From positions 64,790,001-64,854,000 of the forward strand of contig OX597827.1 of assembly GCA_951406725.2 (NCBI GenBank): 64,000 nt of DNA, written 5' to 3'. The stretch comes from Octopus vulgaris. Taxonomy: Eukaryota. Below are positions 54,483-64,000 of the stretch, one piece after another (the first letter of the stretch is position 1; each line of letters starts with the position of its first letter). The notes below the pieces were generated by a model. That model worked only from the letters and a program-made list of their open reading frames with translations. It was not told the DNA's origin and ran no database searches. Made by a program: the position numbers and the translations under genes.

Positions 54483-55054
54483 TCTTCTTCTTCTTCTTCT
54501 TCTTCTTCTTCTTCTTCTTCTTCTTCTTCTTCTTCTTCTTCTTCCTCCTTCTTCTTCTTCTTCTTCTTCTTCTTCTTCTTCTTTTCCTTCTGTTTCTTTT
54601 TCATTTTCTTCTCCTCCTTCTTCTCCTCCCCTCTCCCTCCTCCCCTCCTTCTCCTCCTCCTCCTCCTCCCCCTTCTTCTTCTTCTTCTTCTTCTTCTTCT
54701 TCTCCTTCTCCTCCTTCTTCTCCTCCCCTCTCCCTCCTCCCCTCCTCCCCTCCTTCTCCTTCTCCTCCTCCTCCTTCTTCATCTTCTTCCTTCTTCCTTC
54801 TTCTCCTCCTTCTCCTCCTCCTCTCCCTATCCCTCCCCATCCTCCTCCTCCTCCTTTTCTTCTTCTTCTTCTTCTTCTTCTTCTTCTTCCTTCTTCCTTC
54901 TTCTCCTCCTTCTCCTCCTCCTCTCCCTATCCCTCCTCCCTATCCCTCCTCCTCCTCCTCCTTTTCTTCTTCTTCTTCTTCTTCTTCTTCTTCTTCTTCT
55001 TCTCCTTCTTCTTCTCCTCACTCTCCCCCTTCTCCTTCTTTTTCTTCTTCTTTC

Positions 55055-55126
<72 letters not shown>
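54482..55126. repeat. (CTT)n/(CCT)n low complexity followed by (TAT)n
   Basis: Direct inspection. Confidence 0.95.
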
Positions 55127-56079
<953 letters not shown>

Positions 56080-56083
56080 TTTC

Positions 56084-56151
<68 letters not shown>

Positions 56152-56161
56152 TATTATTACA

Positions 56162-56247
<86 letters not shown>

Positions 56248-56251
56248 CATC

Positions 56252-56345
56252 ATACCAAAAACACATACAATAACAGGAATAGTTCTCGCTTTAAGATGCC
56301 ACATCTTTTGTATTTTTATTTCCAGGTCTGTATATTTACTTATTA
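56252..56345 (-). mobile_element. R4/Dong-like RLE fragment
   Basis: SKYTDLEIKIQKMWHLKARTIPVIV, abutting (TAA)n. Confidence 0.7.
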
Positions 56346-56641
56346 TAATGGCTGTTGCTATTATTCTCAAAACGACGAATTAGCTGGGTCGTTGGTGCAC
56401 CGAAGAAAATGCTAAGGCAAATATTCTTCCGGTTCTTTCAGCTTTAAGTCTTAATATCACCTACACCAGCGTTGTTTGTCATCTATTAGGGAAGAAAAAT
56501 AAATTACAGTCAAGCACTGTGGTCGATGCTATTAACTCGCTACTTCCCGCCAAATATACTTTATACTTATCATTAATAGGAGACTATTTAAAAGATATTG
56601 AGAACACATATGTCCTTCTTCAAATTCGCTTAAATAATATG

Positions 56642-56672
<31 letters not shown>

Positions 56673-56688
56673 CAAACACATATATCTG

Positions 56689-56751
<63 letters not shown>

Positions 56752-56754
56752 GCC

Positions 56755-56851
<97 letters not shown>

Positions 56852-56883
56852 GTCTATCTATTTATCTACCTACCTATCTGTCT

Positions 56884-57107
56884 AGCTGGCAGAATTGTTA
56901 GCACGCCGGGCGAAATGCTTAGCGGTATTTCGTCTGACGTTACGTTCTGAGTTCAAATTTCGCCGAGGTCGACTTCGTCTTTCATCCTTTCAGGGTCGAT
57001 AAATTAAGTACCAGTTACGCACTGGGGTCGATGTAATCGTCTTAATCCCTTTGTCTGTCCTTGTTTGTCCCCTCTGTGTTTAGCCCCTTGTGGGTTGTAA
57101 AGAAATA
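56884..57107 (+). mobile_element. SINE family B monomer (tail A)
   Basis: agctggcagaattgttagcacgccgggcg...agccccttgtgggttgtaaagaaata. Confidence 0.92.
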
Positions 57108-57292
57108 TATCTCTCTAGCTGTGTGTGTGTGTAAATGTATGTCTGCTTATACATATGTATGTACGATACTTGTCATAGTAAAAGTATTTCACTTGTTAAA
57201 CGTTTGCGTATGCTACGTGTATGTCTGTTTATGTTTCTACCTTTTTATGTATATATATGTATATAAGCGTATAATATCTCTCTTTATATAAA

Positions 57293-57345
<53 letters not shown>

Positions 57346-57548
57346 TCGTGTATGTTCAAACGCACGCGCGTGTATGTTATCATTGCATACACAGAACCAA
57401 ATTTTGATACTAATAGGCCCTACTGGAATACACTAAAAGGAAAGTAATGTACTTTTAGCATTAGCTAAAATGGTGCAAGCAAAGTAACATTTTCACTCTG
57501 AAATATAGCGATTGACCTGAATACCTGAATTGGTTTTTGTAAATGTTG

Positions 57549-57648
<100 letters not shown>

Positions 57649-57657
57649 GTATGTCTG

Positions 57658-57744
<87 letters not shown>

Positions 57745-57878
57745 GTCTATATCTATTTGACTGTATGTTGTCTGTCTGCTAGTGTATATTTATATACCTA
57801 TTTTCTGTACAGAAAAATACATGCGCGCGCACACTCACATCTACACACACATATATACGTACACACAGGCACACAGAC

Positions 57879-57954
<76 letters not shown>

Positions 57955-58099
57955 GTGTGCGTGCCTTTTGAAGTTGTTCACTGACAAACTTAAATGAGCA
58001 AGTACATGTTTGTTTTTGCGTGTGTGTACAAACATATAAACAGTGTTTAGTGTTTAGCATGAATAATTTTTAGGCTGGTTCATAGGAAGCACACTCACA

Positions 58100-58440
58100 G
58101 AGGTCGCTGTATCAGAATCAAACGCCATATATAAAGAATGGAAAACCCCCTCCATTTCGAAATGTTACAATGGAAAGAGAGAAGGTCCGTTTAAGCATCG
58201 CCTCTTTGTTCCAGAAATATGACGTACAGAATACCGATTTTGTGAGATAAAAATTCTCTTTATGACATTGATGGAGATTAGTCGAAAAGTGGAAACCTTA
58301 TTCCGATAGCAGTAAAAGATGTGGGCAGTGTTTATTGAATGAAATTCACATTATGAACTCATTCAGACCTGCTCTATACTCGAACGTGAAATCGGAGGCA
58401 TTCGACGCCAGGATTATCTGCGATGAAAAGACAATCTGAG
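58100..58440 (+). mobile_element. Penelope-like element C-terminal (GIY-YIG region) remnant
   Basis: Frameshifted YNGK.EG.FKHR, then WRLVEKWKPYSDSSKRCGQCLLNEIHI..NVKSE, resembling the W.I..K..PY....K.C.LC..E...I..LN.RSE terminus of Penelope-like endonucleases. Confidence 0.6.
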
Positions 58441-58730
58441 ATGATTGCCCCTTTGTGCACCATCTTTCTACGTATTCCAATTGGCATTTGCTGCTTGCCG
58501 CTGTCTAACTTTTGTGTCATGCCACTGGCCTTCATTTGATGCTGTTCCTGTGTTTTTCTCGTCTTTTTCTTCCATTTTCTTACTTTCTTTCTTCCTTTTC
58601 CTCTCTATCTGTATCTCGTTTTATATGTACCACACAGACAACGTTGTTAGAGGAGATGACGATATCTATATATCTATATATATCTATATATATATATATA
58701 TCTGTGCGTGTGTGTATGTTTGTGTGTGTA

Positions 58731-58768
<38 letters not shown>

Positions 58769-58770
58769 CA

Positions 58771-58812
<42 letters not shown>

Positions 58813-58861
58813 GTACAACAGGTTGCACGGTGCGCCGTAGATCTAAATCAAAGGTAGGACA

Positions 58862-58918
<57 letters not shown>

Positions 58919-58920
58919 TA

Positions 58921-59940
58921 CTAGCAGTAAATACTGGCGTTGCCCGTGATCGAGACTATCCATATCGTGTTTGGTGTGGAAAATAGACCGTCAACCGAGC
59001 ATACTTCTAAACAGTGTCATCTTTATTTCAACCAATCGAGTATATGATGTTTTGTCTTTTTATCTGAAAAGTCAAATGATATTGGGCATGGAGCGATGAA
59101 CAATAGCAACACGAATGTTAAAAGAACTGGATGTATTTACCGTTCTTCTTGTAGTTGAGATTGTAACAACTCCTAGTACACAATGTTACGTGTTTTCTCG
59201 TTTTGGCCGAAGGCAAATCGATCCATCTTGCTTCCCACTCTTGTACAGCCAACATACAGTTGCCCGTCCGAAAAACATGACTCTTCCAAAAGAAGGCCAG
59301 CCACAGATAGGGTTTGGCCTTGAGACCTTTTGATCGACATCGCAAAGCTGACACAGATTGGAAATTGGACTCTCCGAAATGAAATGGGAATGTCCGCTCC
59401 AGATGAAATGAAGGGAATTCTTAGAATAAATACGTCGTCCCCTTGTCTATATGCCCATTAAAATCGTCGCTTTGATGACATAGGATAAATTTCTTTTTAC
59501 AACCAGTCGCGCGCCATTACAGAGTTGCTGTGGTTCCAGATTCCGAAGCAGCATTATCAGAGTTCCTTCCTTGAGTCCCAATGCATGTGTAGACCGTGAA
59601 TATACATATAGTCGATTTGTTCTAACTCTGACAGGGAGTGCCCTAAAAACATGCATTATTTTGCAACTTGTGGGCGAGAGTCTAATGCATATTCATATAA
59701 AATTTGAGCAGAATGGGGTATATGGTCCCGGAGATAAGTCCAGAAATGCCCTTTATGAAACAGTTTTTCCCGTCCTGTGATCAAACGAAATTTGAAAAAT
59801 CGATCTACCAGGCACATTCCTTGGACCAAAATGTATATGTGTGTGAAGTTTGGTGAAAATCTCCAAACGGTGTTGACGTGATGCGTAAGCCCACACACAG
59901 AGACAAAATCCTCTGTTTTATATATATATATATATACTGA
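58921..59940 (-). mobile_element. Internally deleted Helitron with both termini and PIF1-helicase remnant
   Basis: Minus strand starts a|TCagtatata..aaaacagagg and ends ..cgggcaacgccagtatttactgCTAG|t (A/T insertion site, no TSD). Translation LKEGTLIMLLRNLEPQQLCNGARLVV, QFPICVSFAMSI.RSQGQTL and FSDGQLYVGCTRV. Confidence 0.9.
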
Positions 59941-59957
59941 TATATATGCACACACAC

Positions 59958-60004
<47 letters not shown>

Positions 60005-60057
60005 TATACTTTATTCATATATAAGTATGTGAGGCCTTGCTGTGTTAATGTATGTAT

Positions 60058-60203
60058 GTAACTTAGCGGTTCGGCAAAAGGCACCGATAGAATAAGTACT
60101 TGGCTTACAAGGAATAAGTCATGGGGTCGATTTGCTCGACTAAATGTGGTGCTCCACCATGGCCGCAATCAAATGACTGAAACAAGTAAAAGAGTAACAG
60201 AGT
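60058..60203 (+). mobile_element. SINE family A tail
   Basis: acttagcggttcggcaaaaggcaccgatagaataagtac...actgaaacaagtaaaagag. Confidence 0.88.
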
Positions 60204-60664
60204 ATGTATGTATGTATGTATGTATGTATCTATCTATTTATCTATCTATCTATCTAAATAAAGAGCATTTAAAGACATTTTCTTGTATGCCGTATGTATA
60301 TGCAATTCTTTTCGTTAAACGATAAGCTAACATCTATTTGTAGCCGAAATGGAGCTTCTATAACAATTCTATAACAATTCTACATTTTACATTCCTCTAA
60401 CAGGAATTTCATTCCTCTTCCATTTGGTGTGAATGCTATTGGTATTTAGATTTTCTGGATTTTTGAAGAAACTTAAAATATTATCGCTTTCAATTATGCT
60501 TTAAATCCTTTGTTTTGATATCCATATACATACGTAGGTGCATACAAACATACATACATACACACACACGCACACACTCATATATCAAATTGATGTCTTA
60601 TAAAACTGTATGTATGCATGTATAAATATATATGCGTATCCATAAATGCATACATGTCTGTATG

Positions 60665-60698
<34 letters not shown>

Positions 60699-60844
60699 TA
60701 TAAATATACGTATACAGATGCACTCACACATTCTCACACATACATATCTACATATAATTCTTCCAGAATATTAAATATGGTATGAAATTCATATGCATGA
60801 ATTTTCTCTCCCAACTTGTATGTATGTATGTATGTATGTATGTA

Positions 60845-60875
<31 letters not shown>

Positions 60876-61539
60876 TGTATGTATGTATGTATGTATGTAT
60901 GTATGTACGTATGTATGTAAGTATGTGTGTATATATAAATATATATATGTATATACAACTGTATGTGTAGGTATATTTCTCACATTTTCATGCACACTCA
61001 GACACACACTTACCTCCATATATCCGCCTCCTCCTCTTTCAGCTTTTTTTTCTTATCTTCCTTCTTCTTTCTTACTGAATTGCAAACAACTCCATTGTCA
61101 TTCGTACTCTCACATGTACAAACGCAAATTTAACAAAAGGCAAGTGCTTTGCCGCTCTTTTCATGTAGCACACTACAGAGAACATTCAGACTTGGCCAAG
61201 AGTGCGCCTCCTGTGAGAATTTATTCTATTATTTCCAAAAATTGATCAAACAAATATTATCTCTCTTTGTACGTGATACCGTTATTATTCGAAATGGCGA
61301 CTTTGATCTTACGCTACATCTGAAACACAGCGTCAATATTTTTCTTCTGTTTTTCTAAATTTAAAATTGAAACATTCAAACACCAATTTCTCCTTTTCGT
61401 CATTACTCTTATTTAAAATAATTTGTTTTCTGACCCCGTTTTAGAGTCAGCATTGTCGTTTCGAATTCAGGTATTAACGCACACTCCAGTCGGTATTTAA
61501 ATAGATTTCTTTAACACGGTTGTACATCTGTTAATCTTT

Positions 61540-62240
61540 TCTACTGGAAGCACAAAGCCTCAGATGTGTTGGGTGGGGACTAGTCGATTATATCGACACC
61601 AGTGTTTCACTGGTACTTAATTTATCAACCCGAAAAGGATGATAAGTAAAGCCGACCTCGGGGGAATTTGAACTCAGAACGTAACGACGGGCGAAATACC
61701 ACTAAAGGTTTCCCCCAACACGTTAACGAATCTGCCAGTTCGCCGCCTTATATATATTTCTTTATTGTCCACAAGGGGCTAAACGTAGAGGGGAGAAACA
61801 AGGTCAAACGAAGGGATTAAATCGATTATATTGACTCCAGAATAACGAGCTGGCAGAATCGTTAGCACGCCGGGCAAAATGCTTTGCGGTATTTCGTCCG
61901 CCGCTGCGTTCTGAGTTCAAATTCCACCGAGGTCGACTTTGCCTTTCATTCTTTCGGGGTCGATAAATTAAGTACCAGTTACGCACTGGGATCGTTGTAA
62001 TCGACTTAATTCGTTTGTCTGTCCTTGTTTGTCTCCTCTATGTTTAGCCCCTTGTGGGTAATAAGAAAACATATATTGACTTCAGTGTTTCACTGGTACT
62101 TAATTTATCGACCCGGAAAGGATGAAAGGTAAAGTCAACCCCGGGGGAATTTGAACTCAGACCGTAGCGACTGGCGAAATACGACTAAGCATTTCCCCCA
62201 GCGCGTTGACGAATCTGCCAGATCGCCGCCTTATATATAT
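61540..62240. mobile_element. Family B SINE cluster in mixed orientation with local duplication
   Basis: Minus copy 61540-61750, minus tail 61757-61840, plus copy 61845-62070, minus copy 62083-62232. Confidence 0.88.
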
Positions 62241-64000
62241 AAATCTATTAGTGTTGGTGCCGGTGTCATTCTCAACTGCTGGAATATTTATAGGTTTATA
62301 TTCGTGTAGCATTGAATTTCGGTTTCCTTGCTTCGATTTGAGCGGATGACAAATGAACAACATTATTACACTGACATCTTTGTATATGACAATAAAATAT
62401 TTGTTTCGGTTGATGTATTATTGTCAGTTACCATGATTGATGAGACTCCGTTCTCAATCAACCTTGTTAGGCATATCGTAAGCCATAAATACAAGACTCT
62501 ATCTTGTACAGTATGCATTTAGTAAGCTGTACATTTCTATCATTTGCCTTGCAACGTTTTTTTAATATGTTATTCACAAAACCGTGCACAAATATGCACA
62601 AGTATACACACACACATCCACAATTACACACATACTCAAATGTACACAAATACACACACATATCCAAATATATAAACATACACACACGCATACATATACG
62701 CACTCTTAAGTATGTGTACGCAAATACATATACATATATATATATATATATATATACATATAATTTGTTTTTGTTTACACAGAGCTTTTATACGTATTAG
62801 AGATATATAACAAAAATACTAATAAGAAATTAAAATTAACAGAAATCCTTCGATAAGATATTTTTATTTTAAGAAATATTATTAAATGCCTTTTTGGCAT
62901 TCATTATCTCATTTATTTTAAGCTTAATTAGTTTACATCCTCTTGTTCTTGGAAAACTCTATATGGCTACAGATTTCCTATTCCTGTTAAATATCTATCA
63001 GATTATTTGTGAATTTAGAACAAAACGTTCTCGTTATATTTTACTTTGGGGTTCCTTCTAATTAGCTGCCTACAGTTTTTTTGCAGCCCAGTTTCTAGTC
63101 GTGATATAGAGACATAGATAGTGTTTAATTGCTGAAGGCAATTTTCAGTGCCCTGAAGTGATATAAAGGTAGCGTATGCAATGATTAGTTAATTCAATCT
63201 AAATTGTGTTATGGTAATAGATTTCCTATATTCCAGTCTACGTTTATTTAGGATCCCCTACAGCTTTTAGTTGATCAAAGCGAAGAGAGGAATAAAACGA
63301 TAGATTAATATGTAGACAGACAGACATAGAAAGAGAGGGAGAGAGAGATAGAGAGAGTGTGAAAGGAAGACATTGAATGAAGAAAGGGTAGTCATTGGGG
63401 AAGAAAAATACCCTGGGGCAGACTTTAGATGAAACAGTGTGTGTGTCAGATGGAGTGAGTAACCAGAGGGCAAAAACTTGTAAAGTATTGAAAGATGAGT
63501 GAATAAGATTTTGTTCTAAACGCTTCACAATTTGTATTCAGCGAGGTGAAAAAATATAGTATCTTATCAGCAACATCAATAGTCAATCAGTAAAGTATGT
63601 CATCGATAGCCCAGTTTTAGTAATGTTAATATATGCGAGAGGGGAATAGTTTTGATTTAATTTTACACAGGAAATTTTTTTTTCCTGTGTATATTATATT
63701 ATCAATTCTTCCCTGAAACTGCGTGCAAAATAAAAGAAAAAAAGAATAAAAAACAGTGGTGACACAATTAAAAGTGGGACACTTAAATGAATTCGAAAGA
63801 TAACCTATATATGCTGACGCAGAAGACCCGCTGGCGACATAAACTAGAGCGCTTGTATGCACCAAAGTCCATATGAGAGGTTCTTTGATGGTAACCAACA
63901 CAACATCCACTTTTAAGTGGCTATAAATATTAACTTTTGACATTAATATTGCTTCAATTGCTGTATTTATGTATGTATGTATGTATGTATGTATGTATGT

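Overview
Eukaryotic, very AT-rich, microsatellite-saturated non-coding DNA. The repeat repertoire resembles an octopus/coleoid cephalopod genome (inference from recalled repeat style, not a database hit). I found no host protein-coding exon, rRNA, true tRNA or CRISPR array. Nearly all supplied ORFs are microsatellite or SINE artefacts. The window holds at least five tRNA-headed SINE families, one of which forms tandem concatemers. It also has decayed R4/Dong-like, HERO-like and Tx1/L1-like LINE pieces, a Gypsy gag remnant, mariner/Tc1/pogo fragments, a terminus-complete deleted Helitron and a Penelope-like GIY-YIG remnant. Main result: seven minimal type I hammerhead ribozyme (HHR)-like motifs from about six unrelated families. 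Most sit in short elements lodged in (TA)n tracts, and one has a fully canonical core (34929-34998). Two of them form the 3' tail of a tRNA-headed SINE, which is a candidate SINE mobilised by Penelope-like machinery. There is also a cluster of inverted repeats at 41.7-53.7 kb: a ~1.6-1.7 kb-arm inverted duplication, a perfect 61-bp hairpin, an ~80-bp IR and a ~600-bp foldback. All coordinates were read by eye; the edges of degenerate repeats are approximate.
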